A stretch of 64,000 bases of DNA, from positions 1 through 64,000 of IMG/VR virus record IMGVR_UViG_3300017917_002740; one strand, written 5' to 3'. Shown here piece after piece: positions 8,973 to 18,180 of the stretch (within the stretch, counting starts at the first letter, position 1; each line of letters starts with the position of its first letter). Below the pieces are notes generated by a model. That model was not told the DNA's origin and ran no database searches. It worked only from the letters and a program-made list of their open reading frames with translations. Both the position numbers and the translations under genes were made by a program. Source of the stretch: a virus.

Positions 8973-8991
8973 AACAGTATTTATGCAAATA

Positions 8992-9570
8992 CTATTGAGC
9001 TCTACAGGCCACTAACCGTATATTTTTTGCTATACCTTTGAGTATTTGTATATTTCCGGGCTCAGCACGTTCTATTTGTTTGTTGGTAACATAGATTTTT
9101 TTCAATCCACCTTCTTCCAGATTGATATGCTTTTGTGTTTTAAAATTCCAGCCGTAGACATTTATTGATTTTTTTCTGTGCAGTTGTTTCCATATTCGTT
9201 GTCCGCCTGGGCTCTGCACTTTATCGCTGATTAAAATTAGATCAAGTTTTTTAATCAAAAATTCGTATAATTTTATAGCCTTTACTTGATTGTTTGGCCG
9301 AGCATAAATTCCATATATTTTAAAACTCTGTTCATTATCTACGAATCTTGTGCCACTGAGATACAGTTCTACTTTTCTTGTGATAGGGTCGAACACACTG
9401 TATCCTGTAGATAGGCCTTGTCTAATGCGCCAGAGTTCATAGCCGCCTGGAAATTTTGAAATGTATTCGCCTAACCAATATTCTTGATTTTCAATAGGGA
9501 TACGTTTTCCTCTACGAGGTAATTGATCGACTGTTCTGAGTTTTTTGTAGATAAAATCTATCAGTAGCAT
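8992..9570 (-). CDS. GNAT-like fold protein (putative)
   Basis: AIKLYEFL...LILISDKVQSPGGQRIWKQL resembles phage GNAT-like domains. Confidence 0.4.
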   Translation of the reverse strand: MLLIDFIYKKLRTVDQLPRRGKRIPIENQEYWLGEYISKFPGGYELWRIRQGLSTGYSVFDPITRKVELYLSGTRFVDNEQSFKIYGIYARPNNQVKAIKLYEFLIKKLDLILISDKVQSPGGQRIWKQLHRKKSINVYGWNFKTQKHINLEEGGLKKIYVTNKQIERAEPGNIQILKGIAKNIRLVACRAQ

Positions 9571-9578
9571 ATAGCTAC

Positions 9579-10208
9579 TTATTTTTTCTTAGATTTTCCA
9601 GATTTCATATTGGCACACCAGTGTGCCATACGTTGACGTTCGCCGGATGAATTTTTAGCAATACTACGTAATTTTGAAACACTCTGTTTGCAATTTACAC
9701 CCGAACGTTTGGCAAGTCCTTTACGTCCGGGCTTCTTACCATCAGCAAAGTTTTCAACATTATAAGTAGGATCTGTTTTTTGACGTTTCATACCTTTGGG
9801 TTGTTTGGGATCAACCGGGTCAATATCTGTAGTAGTAAGTCCTGTTTTTAACAGAGCCTGAATATATTTGTGTTCAGTTTCTTCGTCACCAAAGGAAAAT
9901 ATAGTGCTTGGTGGTCCCTTGCCAAAGTCATGCTTACCTAATGCTTTTAGGTTAGCAATATGCATGCCTAACTTATACCAATCATAAACGTCTGACACAT
10001 CTACTCTAACGGTGCCTTTTGGCATTGTAGGTTTAGTCTCTGGCCCTGCGGGTTCTTCATTAGGATGCTGATCTTCTCCAACACCTCCGCCATCACCACT
10101 ATAACCTACAGCATACCCGTAGCCGCCATAAGGGCCTGGACCGTAGGCGGCCCAACGTGGCTTTTTACGTTTACGTTTTTTCTCAGTGACGAATTCGTGT
10201 GCTCTCAT
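9579..10208 (-). CDS. putative modular internal head protein
   Basis: MRAHEFVTE N-terminus; segments separated by VGE| and NVE|. Confidence 0.55.
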   Translation of the reverse strand: MRAHEFVTEKKRKRKKPRWAAYGPGPYGGYGYAVGYSGDGGGVGEDQHPNEEPAGPETKPTMPKGTVRVDVSDVYDWYKLGMHIANLKALGKHDFGKGPPSTIFSFGDEETEHKYIQALLKTGLTTTDIDPVDPKQPKGMKRQKTDPTYNVENFADGKKPGRKGLAKRSGVNCKQSVSKLRSIAKNSSGERQRMAHWCANMKSGKSKKK

Positions 10209-10357
10209 ACTTGACTATAGGGATTTTTTGGTGTGTCGTATCCGTCGTCCTCTGGATATACCGGATATTGATTATCTGTATTTTCTTTAGGCTTTTGTTT
10301 TTCGGCTTCTAATCGAGCCATGGTTCTTGTGATATAATCTGCTAAAGTCTTGTCCAT
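10205..10357 (-). CDS. small hypothetical protein
   Basis: Probable ATG at 10357 (MDKTLADYI...). Confidence 0.5.
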   Translation of the reverse strand: MDKTLADYITRTMARLEAEKQKPKENTDNQYPVYPEDDGYDTPKNPYSQV

Positions 10358-10361
10358 AATT

Positions 10362-10685
10362 TTATACCGAAAAACTACTACCACAACCACAGGTAGTTTG
10401 TGCGTTGGGATTTTTTATAATGAATTGACTACCTTGTATATCTTCTTTATAGTCAATTTCAGCACCTGTTAGATACTGCATGCTCATAGCATCAACAAGG
10501 ACTTTCCAACGGCCGATGTCAAATTCAAAATCGTCTTCGTTTTGTACATCATCAAATGTAAATCCATAACTAAACCCAGAACACCCGCCTCCTTGAACAA
10601 ATGTTCTAAGTTTTAGATTAGTATTATTTTCTTCGTCGAGCAGATCTTGTATCTTTGTTCTTGCTGATGGACTTATCGAAATCAT
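10362..10685 (-). CDS. erpA: A-type Fe-S carrier (ErpA/IscA/HesB)
   Basis: [11 protein letters not shown] and [14 protein letters not shown] motifs. Confidence 0.9.
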   Translation of the reverse strand: MISISPSARTKIQDLLDEENNTNLKLRTFVQGGGCSGFSYGFTFDDVQNEDDFEFDIGRWKVLVDAMSMQYLTGAEIDYKEDIQGSQFIIKNPNAQTTCGCGSSFSV

Positions 10686-10882
10686 ACTGGTTTCTCTCCT
10701 GTTAGATAAGGTAAACTAAACCATAATTTAAACCATTCATCTGTTCCAGGTTTAATATTATGTTTCTTCATAAGTTCACCTTTTTCGTTTCCAGTAATAC
10801 TTATATTACTACCACCGTAAGGTTGATAACCTTTGAATTCAGTAATTCCGGCTAACTTTTTAATTTGATCTAACTCGTCCAT
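10682..10882 (-). CDS. small conserved phage protein
   Basis: [15 protein letters not shown]; [13 protein letters not shown]. Confidence 0.6.
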   Translation of the reverse strand: MDELDQIKKLAGITEFKGYQPYGGSNISITGNEKGELMKKHNIKPGTDEWFKLWFSLPYLTGEKPV

Positions 10883-11415
10883 TACTTGTTATCTAAATGT
10901 TTTGCCAAACGATCGATGGAACCTTTCATATCTTCTTTGCCAGAAGCATGTCGAGCTTTCATTTCTTTTTCAGCAGCAGCATGTTTCTTTTCACGCTCTG
11001 CTGCTGCCTTACGGAATTTTTCTAAAGCAGTTGCTTCACCAGTAATAATTTCTGTAGGAGCAATAGTTATAGTTTCTGGATCACGACCGTCTGCTTTAAA
11101 CTTAGCCTTTAACTTATCCATAACTGCTCTGGCATGATCGTCATTCTCAAAATCTTTCCACTTCTTGCCTTTGATATAAACTGAATAAGGAGTACGTGGA
11201 CGACCTGTTCGTTGAGCAACATATTTGTCACTCCATCCTTCTGTGGAAATTAGATCTTTTTTGTGCTTAACATCGCCTTGTTTAGCAGCCTTCTTTTTAT
11301 CTTTATGTGCGCCGGCGCCTGTTTGTGTAGGACTATGACCTGTTCTTGGTTTGATATTAAACTTAGGGGCTTTGCGATCTTTTTTATATTCTATTATGAA
11401 CTCTTTTGCTTTCAT
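10882..11415 (-). CDS. putative basic internal head protein
   Basis: MKAKEFIIE N-terminus; internal STE|G and TGE|A sites. Confidence 0.55.
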   Translation of the reverse strand: MKAKEFIIEYKKDRKAPKFNIKPRTGHSPTQTGAGAHKDKKKAAKQGDVKHKKDLISTEGWSDKYVAQRTGRPRTPYSVYIKGKKWKDFENDDHARAVMDKLKAKFKADGRDPETITIAPTEIITGEATALEKFRKAAAEREKKHAAAEKEMKARHASGKEDMKGSIDRLAKHLDNK

Positions 11416-12092
11416 GATGATCTCTTTTGTTTAGGACCCTTTCGAGTTTTCCATTTTTTATCAGTCGAACACCAATAACGACCATAATTAGCTTCACTGA
11501 TTGATTCAGTAATACCCATGCCTTTTCTTACTGCATCAAACATAGTCTTAGCAATTTCGCCCGCTCCTGTTGCTTCTTTGAATGCTTCTAAATCATTGGC
11601 CGCCGCAGCAGCACGAGCCTTGCTGGCGCTTACACCACTAACCCCTTCACTGTCTGGATCACGTTCTCCTGCGCTGACAAAATCTAATAACTCAAATTTA
11701 TAATATCCGTGAGCTTTACCTTCTACACCGTTGTATTGTTGTAAAAGTTTTTTAAATGAATCTAATCTATCTGATCCTGCCACAAACGTAGCATGTCTGT
11801 ATCCTTCGTCGTATAGATAAGAAGCAACTTTAACTACAGTATTGAGTTCTCTATTTTCTACAATGTTGCTGGCATACTGCGGATGTATAGCTTTGATAAA
11901 TTTAATTTTTTCTTCGTAGCTTAGAGGATTTTCTTTCTTATCTTGACTTTGACTAACAAAAATTTTATAGTCACCGCCTTGTGCTGTCATAGTTTTAAAA
12001 ACTTGTGCATGCCCAATGGTGGGAGGATTCATTCTACCGAAACAAAAAGTAATATGTCGATCTTCAGCTTCGAACAACTCAAGAAGTCTCAT
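11412..12092 (-). CDS. HIGH-superfamily nucleotidyltransferase (phage cytidyltransferase-like)
   Basis: FGRMNPPTIGH, NPLSYEEK, VAGSDR, SASKAR motifs. Confidence 0.85.
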   Translation of the reverse strand: MRLLELFEAEDRHITFCFGRMNPPTIGHAQVFKTMTAQGGDYKIFVSQSQDKKENPLSYEEKIKFIKAIHPQYASNIVENRELNTVVKVASYLYDEGYRHATFVAGSDRLDSFKKLLQQYNGVEGKAHGYYKFELLDFVSAGERDPDSEGVSGVSASKARAAAAANDLEAFKEATGAGEIAKTMFDAVRKGMGITESISEANYGRYWCSTDKKWKTRKGPKQKRSS

Positions 12093-12426
12093 AGTCACCT
12101 TTTTCTATAAATTTATTTTGTTCATCGGCATAGCGTTTAGCTAACTCGATAATTTTTTCTTTAGGAAATTTCTGTTCGCGATCTGAAACAGAAAATTCTT
12201 TACAGTAATGATCAAGGCAATGTTCGATTGGCCTAATGTAAACTTTAAACACATTAGGATTTCCTTGATGTTCCTTGTGTCGTTTAACAGCAGGGAAAAA
12301 ATATTGATTTAACATTTGATCGTTATTATCAATATAAAAGTGTAGATCATCTAACCAATCTACTTCTTGTTCTTCTTTATCGGCCGCCGGCGCTCCGTAA
12401 TAACCGAACATTTCTCTTAATAACAT
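12079..12426 (-). CDS. hypothetical late protein
   Basis: MLLREMF N-terminus; coupled ORF. Confidence 0.6.
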   Translation of the reverse strand: MLLREMFGYYGAPAADKEEQEVDWLDDLHFYIDNNDQMLNQYFFPAVKRHKEHQGNPNVFKVYIRPIEHCLDHYCKEFSVSDREQKFPKEKIIELAKRYADEQNKFIEKGDYETS

Positions 12427-13388
12427 TACCAGCTCCTACAAGACCAGTAACGTGCTTTCCAACGTGGTCCTGGATTTTTACAATTGTGTCTTGCACGGAA
12501 ACTCTTTCTACGTGCAGGATTAGATTTCTTAATACGCATTTTCTTATCGCCAAAGTTTACTTTGACTACTTTGCCGTTAGGTTTGCGTACATATACTTTT
12601 GATTTTTTAACATCGCCTGGAAGTTTTTTACCTAATGGTACTTGCTTACCTTGATATTCTGCTTCAGTTGTTTGAGTGTCTTCGGCATATTTGTTAGCCT
12701 TCATATAATCTCGAGCAGTATCTAAGTAGTCCATAGCACGATTAATTTTAGCCTGTACCCACTCTGGTAAGTTTTCATCTGCTTGAATAATGCTGTATAG
12801 TTCTTTGGCAGCATCGTTTAGTGTTCTTAAATCGTCTTTGGCCATATCGCCTTCGCGATCGTATTCGCCTTTATTATATTCTGCATCTGGATTCTCTGGA
12901 CCGTGATCTTCTTCAATACTTTCCTTAGGAACACAATTAGGAACAGTCTTGCCGCCCTTCTTCTTTGTACCAACTGGCTTGTAGCCTTTCCAGCATGGAT
13001 TATCTTTAGGATCACGTAGCCCTTCTGATAATTCGCCTTCGAGGAAATTAATACCGTTTTCTTGTAAATGATTAAGGGCAGTGTCATCTAATTCAACAAC
13101 AATACCGTCCTCTGTGAATCCAATGATTTCTGTTTCAATTTCGAAATCCTCAGAAAAACTGATACCGAATGAATCACCGATTTCGAATGATTCAGAAAAC
13201 CCTTTAGCTATAGCTTCTTTTTCAAGATCAGCTTTGCGTTGCATAATTGCCTGCTTAATTTCTGGATCGTTAGCATTAGGATCCATTTGAAGATCTTGCA
13301 AGGCCTTACGCTTTGCCTGTAGGTCTTCTTTGTCTTTAAGGGCTGTTTCGCTTAGTAAAGCATCTAATTTAGATAAAAGGTCTCTCAT
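12426..13388 (-). CDS. modular late protein with a C-terminal DUF6321-like Cys/His domain
   Basis: VNFGD...RRKSFRARHNC...ARYWSC; internal CWKGYK...VPNCVP module; late box at 13413-13418. Confidence 0.65.
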   Translation of the reverse strand: MRDLLSKLDALLSETALKDKEDLQAKRKALQDLQMDPNANDPEIKQAIMQRKADLEKEAIAKGFSESFEIGDSFGISFSEDFEIETEIIGFTEDGIVVELDDTALNHLQENGINFLEGELSEGLRDPKDNPCWKGYKPVGTKKKGGKTVPNCVPKESIEEDHGPENPDAEYNKGEYDREGDMAKDDLRTLNDAAKELYSIIQADENLPEWVQAKINRAMDYLDTARDYMKANKYAEDTQTTEAEYQGKQVPLGKKLPGDVKKSKVYVRKPNGKVVKVNFGDKKMRIKKSNPARRKSFRARHNCKNPGPRWKARYWSCRSW

Positions 13389-13432
13389 AGTGTTCCTCGT
13401 GAGGTAATACTATATTTATCGAACTTTTACTG

Positions 13433-13786
13433 TTAGTAATTATAACGAATTTCTACGATAGTGCCGTTATCTATGCGGTATGCGGCACGTATATACACGA
13501 ATTTACCTATGAAAGTACGTGTTTCGTTAGAGATCAGTGGAGTACTGTCTTCAACTGCTATTTCAGTGTTATCTATATCAACCCAATCGTTTTCGTTAGG
13601 ATATAGTTCTAATGTACCTTGTATTTTAACTGTACCTACAAAATTATCAAATTGATAAACTGCGGTATGTACACCGTTGTTGTTTTTATGATAACCCGCA
13701 CCTTTGCGTTTTTCGCCATAGGAAAAAGCAGAACTTGGGGATTCTGTTGATGTTGAGGCTAATAAAACAATGACTTCGTTGGACAT
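13433..13786 (-). CDS. beta-rich late (probably structural) protein
   Basis: Late box 4 nt upstream; beta-sandwich-like pattern. Confidence 0.55.
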   Translation of the reverse strand: MSNEVIVLLASTSTESPSSAFSYGEKRKGAGYHKNNNGVHTAVYQFDNFVGTVKIQGTLELYPNENDWVDIDNTEIAVEDSTPLISNETRTFIGKFVYIRAAYRIDNGTIVEIRYNY

Positions 13787-13789
13787 CTC

Positions 13790-14470
13790 TTATTTATCGC
13801 ACAAAACGTAATTGTAAATCCTGCCCACAACCTCGGAATTACGCAATTTTAACATTAACAGCGTGTGTTCATCTTCTACTAAGATGTAGCGTCGATCCCA
13901 ATTCCAGTCTGTGTGCATAAACCAACTTTCTACAGCTTCGGTACAGGTTACACGTTCGCCTAACGTCTTTAGCCAACCGATATATTTTTGTTTTTCTAAT
14001 TTATCTTTGGCCATTTTATGTGGCAACAGATAAACTTTGTATCTATATCTATTATGAGGTAGTTTTTTAACCGCTACAGTTGAATGTGAGTTTGATAATA
14101 TTTCCAGATTGTCTGCACTGGGTTCAAATTGATGTATAACAAACTCTTGAAATTCAAGACTAAATTTTTTATAAAACTCAACATCGTTTGTATAAAAATC
14201 TATATTTTGATTTTCGATTCGTTTGGTCCAAGTTTTACTGTCATACTGTTCTAAAAAGAGACAAAGGTCAAGAATTACATCTCGATTTAAAAACGCTTTA
14301 TGATAGACAGAGTATACTCTTTCTTGGACCGCTTCTTGATGACAGAATTCCTTGATCCAGTCTAAGGGTTTACATCTAAAAATAGCACAGCCTGGTTGTC
14401 GTAGGCTAATTTTATACAACCATTTGTTGTAGAATTTTCTACTGGTCAGTTTGATTTTCTGAGGATTCAT
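13790..14470 (-). CDS. hypothetical protein
   Basis: Probable start MNPQKIKL at 14470. Confidence 0.65.
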   Translation of the reverse strand: MNPQKIKLTSRKFYNKWLYKISLRQPGCAIFRCKPLDWIKEFCHQEAVQERVYSVYHKAFLNRDVILDLCLFLEQYDSKTWTKRIENQNIDFYTNDVEFYKKFSLEFQEFVIHQFEPSADNLEILSNSHSTVAVKKLPHNRYRYKVYLLPHKMAKDKLEKQKYIGWLKTLGERVTCTEAVESWFMHTDWNWDRRYILVEDEHTLLMLKLRNSEVVGRIYNYVLCDK

Positions 14471-16787
14471 TTTCTTTTTCCGCAAGTCTCTGAGCTCGTA
14501 GTGCTTTTTTCTCTTCCTTAGTTAAAGGTTTCGGTATTTCTGTTACCGTAAAGTCTAACTCTTTATCCTTGATATCTATTGTAATACGTCCGCCGTCTAC
14601 AAGATCTCCAAACAAAACTCTTCGACTGAGGGGACTCTTGACCTTATTATCAATTAATCTTGCTAACGGTCTTGCACCCATCTTCTTATCGTAGCCTTTT
14701 TCGGCTAACCACTTAGTTGCGGCCGCTGTAAGAACGATTTCAATCCCCTTGTCTTTGAGTTGACTGTTAAGTTCTCCAACAAACTTCTTAACAATTTGTG
14801 TAACAACGTCTTGACTAAGTTTGCTAAATTTAATTACAGCATCCAATCTATTACGGAATTCTGGAGCAAAGAATTTTTTAACTGCCTTGTCGTCTTCGTC
14901 GTCTTTACCAAGTTCTCCAAATCCTATGGTATTAGCTTCGTTATCACGAGCACCTAAATTTGAAGTCATGATAAGAATACAGTTACGACCGTCTGCTTGC
15001 TTACCGTTTGATCCTGTAACAAAACCATTGTCCATAAACGCCAACAAAATATTTGTCACATCGGGATGTGCTTTTTCAATTTCATCTAACAATAAAATTG
15101 AGTTAGGCTGTTCTTGTAGTTTAGTAATTAATTGACCTGCGTTATCTTCGTAACCTACATAGCCCGGAGGAGCACCAATCAATCGAGCCACAGAATGCTT
15201 CTCTTGATACTCTCCCATGTCGAATCGAATTAACGGCATACCCATTTTCTCTGACAACTGCTTGGCAGTTTCAGTTTTACCACAGCCAGTGGGCCCTAAG
15301 AACAAGAAACTACCGATAGGCTTATCTGGATGCTTCATACCTGCTTGTGCTACAAAGATCTTATCCAATAGTACATCGACAGCATTGTCCTGTCCGTATA
15401 CCGCAGCTTTCATACCGCCTTCGAGATCTGCAAGATTTTTACTTTCTTTTTGTGCTACAGTTTCTAAAGGCATATTAATCATCTTACTTAATTCGTAAGT
15501 GATCTGTTCAATGTCAACAATCTGTTCAACACCTTCCATGGACTCGTCGTCTTTGAGCTTATAGCGAGCACAAGCACAGTCAATGATATCAATGGCTTTG
15601 TCTGGTAGTTTTTTATCAGCCATATATTTGACTGATAATTTAACTGCTTGATCTATAGCAGCATCGCTGATTTTAACATTATGATGCTTTTCATAATATT
15701 TCTTAATTCCCTTGAGAATTTTTACGCTCATATCCGCAGAAGGCTCATCGATAGTAACTCTCTGGAATCGACGCATCAATGCACGATCCTTTTCAAAGTG
15801 CTTGCGATATTCTTCCCATGTTGTAGAAGCCATGAGCTTGATCACACCTTTGGTAAGAATAGGTTTTAACATGTTGCTCATATCGTTTGAGCTTTGATTA
15901 GCAGCACCTGCTCCTTGAATCATGTGAGCTTCGTCAATAAACAAAATAATTTTACCTTTACGTTCTAAAGCTGTTAGTACTGCTTTTACACGTTCCTCGA
16001 AGTCTCCCCGATACTTACTGCCTGCTAACATACTGCTGATATCTAAACTATAGACCTGATGATCTTGAATAAATTTAGGAACTTTCTTTTCAAAGATTTT
16101 TCGAGCAAGACCTTCGGCAATGGCTGTTTTACCCACACCGGGATCGCCGACCATTAATACGTTACATTTATTTCTACGAGCTAATACTAATTGTATTTTT
16201 TCAATTTCGTCGTCCCGACCAATCACAGGATCGATTTTCTTTTGTTTGGCTTTTAATGATAGGTTAATACAGTATTGATTCAAAACTCGATCCATTTGAT
16301 TGGCATTAATAACACGATTCTCTTCTACTTCAACATCTTCTTCTACTATAATATGTTCTTGGAAATATTTTACAAATTTCTCTTTGGTTACTCCGCCTTT
16401 TTGCAAGAAATAAAATCCAAATGAATTCTTTTCTGATAGAACACTGATGATAACATCAGCTACTTCCATACGCTGTCGTCCACTAAACAACACTTGTGTG
16501 AAACAGCGATTAAGCACACGCTCTACTGAATTTGTTTTTTTAGGCTTATAATTTGCTGAAGGGCTTTCTAACTTAATATCGTTGAGATTATTTTTTAAAT
16601 AATGTTCTAAATTAGTTTTGATAAATTTGGCATCAGCACCAAAGCTTTCTAAAAGATTATAAGAAGTTTCGTCACAGACAATGCCATAAACAATGTGTTC
16701 TATGGTTATATATTCGTGATGATTTTCTCTGGCAGTATTAACAGAGTTTTCAAATATATTTTGTAGATTTTGACTGGGTTCAATCAT
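14439..16787 (-). CDS. clpA: ClpA-like Hsp100 AAA+ unfoldase
   Basis: Clp N-domain; GDPGVGKT and FIDEAH; GPTGCGKT and LLLDEIEKAH; IGF ClpP-docking loop; MGARPL. Confidence 0.92.
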   Translation of the reverse strand: MIEPSQNLQNIFENSVNTARENHHEYITIEHIVYGIVCDETSYNLLESFGADAKFIKTNLEHYLKNNLNDIKLESPSANYKPKKTNSVERVLNRCFTQVLFSGRQRMEVADVIISVLSEKNSFGFYFLQKGGVTKEKFVKYFQEHIIVEEDVEVEENRVINANQMDRVLNQYCINLSLKAKQKKIDPVIGRDDEIEKIQLVLARRNKCNVLMVGDPGVGKTAIAEGLARKIFEKKVPKFIQDHQVYSLDISSMLAGSKYRGDFEERVKAVLTALERKGKIILFIDEAHMIQGAGAANQSSNDMSNMLKPILTKGVIKLMASTTWEEYRKHFEKDRALMRRFQRVTIDEPSADMSVKILKGIKKYYEKHHNVKISDAAIDQAVKLSVKYMADKKLPDKAIDIIDCACARYKLKDDESMEGVEQIVDIEQITYELSKMINMPLETVAQKESKNLADLEGGMKAAVYGQDNAVDVLLDKIFVAQAGMKHPDKPIGSFLFLGPTGCGKTETAKQLSEKMGMPLIRFDMGEYQEKHSVARLIGAPPGYVGYEDNAGQLITKLQEQPNSILLLDEIEKAHPDVTNILLAFMDNGFVTGSNGKQADGRNCILIMTSNLGARDNEANTIGFGELGKDDEDDKAVKKFFAPEFRNRLDAVIKFSKLSQDVVTQIVKKFVGELNSQLKDKGIEIVLTAAATKWLAEKGYDKKMGARPLARLIDNKVKSPLSRRVLFGDLVDGGRITIDIKDKELDFTVTEIPKPLTKEEKKALRAQRLAEKENESSENQTDQ

Positions 16788-17281
16788 TATTGTTTTTTCC
16801 TGAGTTTCTTCATTGCTAAGTTTACTTTCATCTGTGACACTCTGTCAACAAAACATACACCATCTAAGTGATCTAATTCGTGTTGAAAGCATTTGGCCAA
16901 ATAGCCATCAAATCTTGCTTCGACTATATCACCTTTGGAATTTTGATACTCTGCTACGACCCAGCTTGGTCTTTTTACTGTAAGAAACAATCCCGGGTAG
17001 CTCAAACATCCTTCTTCGTCTAATACCAATTCTTTGCTGCTTTCTATAATTCGAGGATTGAATAACGCAAACGGTTTTGGAAAATCTGGAATATTATTAC
17101 TGCCCATCACGAACACTCGCTTAGTTATTCCTATTTGATTGGCAGCCAACCCTATACCTTTGCTGGCCAACATAAACTCGCACATTGCAGATTCTAATAA
17201 TTCTGCATCTTGATCTTTAGAAAAATCCCATTCAAGACTTTTTTGAATAAGTGATTCGTGAGGACCTAATTTAAATTCCAT
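16787..17281 (-). CDS. def: peptide deformylase
   Basis: GIGLAANQIG, EGCLS, QHELDHLDG. Confidence 0.95.
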   Translation of the reverse strand: MEFKLGPHESLIQKSLEWDFSKDQDAELLESAMCEFMLASKGIGLAANQIGITKRVFVMGSNNIPDFPKPFALFNPRIIESSKELVLDEEGCLSYPGLFLTVKRPSWVVAEYQNSKGDIVEARFDGYLAKCFQHELDHLDGVCFVDRVSQMKVNLAMKKLRKKQ

Positions 17282-18110
17282 TCTGTATTTTCTTTATTAA
17301 TTCTTGTTGCTCTGATGTTAATGATCTTGGGATATTAACTTTTATTCTAACAAAAAGATTTCCTCTTTGTCTTGATCTTGCATTAGGCAAACCTTCACCT
17401 CTACAACTCAATACAGTTTCTGGTTGCGTTCCAGGAGGTATGTTTATGTCGAGAGTTTTATTATCTAAAGTTCTTATGTTAATAGAAGTTCCTATCAACG
17501 CATCCCACACAGATATCTCCTGATCGACAACAATGTTACTACCTTCTCTTCTGAATATATGATGAGGTTTAACGGATACGTTTACCATTAAATCGCCTGG
17601 ACGAAGATCTGGTATTGAATTATCCCCCATCCCTTCATATCTAATTTGCTGACCGCTTTCAATACCGGCCGGAATATGAATGGTTATCATTTTTCTTCTT
17701 CCGCCTGGCACGCCAATTTCTGCAGAAATATCTTTACCTGTTAGTACGTCTTCTAATGTTATTTCGACAGTAACTACTAAACTTTTATTTTTACGCATCG
17801 GCCTCTGCCCAAATCCGCCAAATCCGAACCCGCCAAAAATATCTTCAAAATTACCTGTATTGAAGTGAAATTCAAACGGTCCTTGATTATAGCCGCCCAT
17901 ACCAGGTTGAGCATTGGGGTCTCCGCCCATATCTATGATTCTACGTTTTTCCGGATCACTCAAGAATTCATAGGCCTGCGAAATTTCTTTAAATTTTTTC
18001 TCATCACCACCGCGATCAGGATGGTGTTTCATGGCCATGCTACGATAGGCTTTTTTAATTTCCTCGTCGCTGGCACCACGTTTTAATCCTAATGTTGTGT
18101 AATAATCCAT
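17271..18110 (-). CDS. dnaJ: DnaJ/CbpA-type co-chaperone (no Zn finger)
   Basis: J-domain with HPD, G/F-rich linker, C-terminal GDL..V and GEGLP. Confidence 0.92.
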   Translation of the reverse strand: MDYYTTLGLKRGASDEEIKKAYRSMAMKHHPDRGGDEKKFKEISQAYEFLSDPEKRRIIDMGGDPNAQPGMGGYNQGPFEFHFNTGNFEDIFGGFGFGGFGQRPMRKNKSLVVTVEITLEDVLTGKDISAEIGVPGGRRKMITIHIPAGIESGQQIRYEGMGDNSIPDLRPGDLMVNVSVKPHHIFRREGSNIVVDQEISVWDALIGTSINIRTLDNKTLDINIPPGTQPETVLSCRGEGLPNARSRQRGNLFVRIKVNIPRSLTSEQQELIKKIQNGI

Positions 18111-18116
18111 AGTAAT

Positions 18117-18145
18117 ATTATATGATAAAAAAAGGACTACGTCAA
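18117..18145 (-). promoter_or_regulatory. sigma70 promoter TTGACG-17-TATAAT; predicted +1 at the dnaJ ATG (leaderless)
   Basis: Plus-strand cgtcaa 18140-18145 and attata 18117-18122, 6 nt from the ATG. Confidence 0.7.
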
Positions 18146-18156
18146 GCAGTCCTTTT
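18127..18156. terminator. intrinsic terminator after the lysis cassette
   Basis: aaaaggact/agtcctttt stem with A and T runs. Confidence 0.7.
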
Positions 18157-18180
18157 ATTTAATAAAGATTTACTGAGCTT

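Noticed and set aside
13393-13407. ttcctc-gt-gaggta inverted repeat over an SD
   Set aside because: A 2-nt loop is not feasible and the remaining stem is too weak
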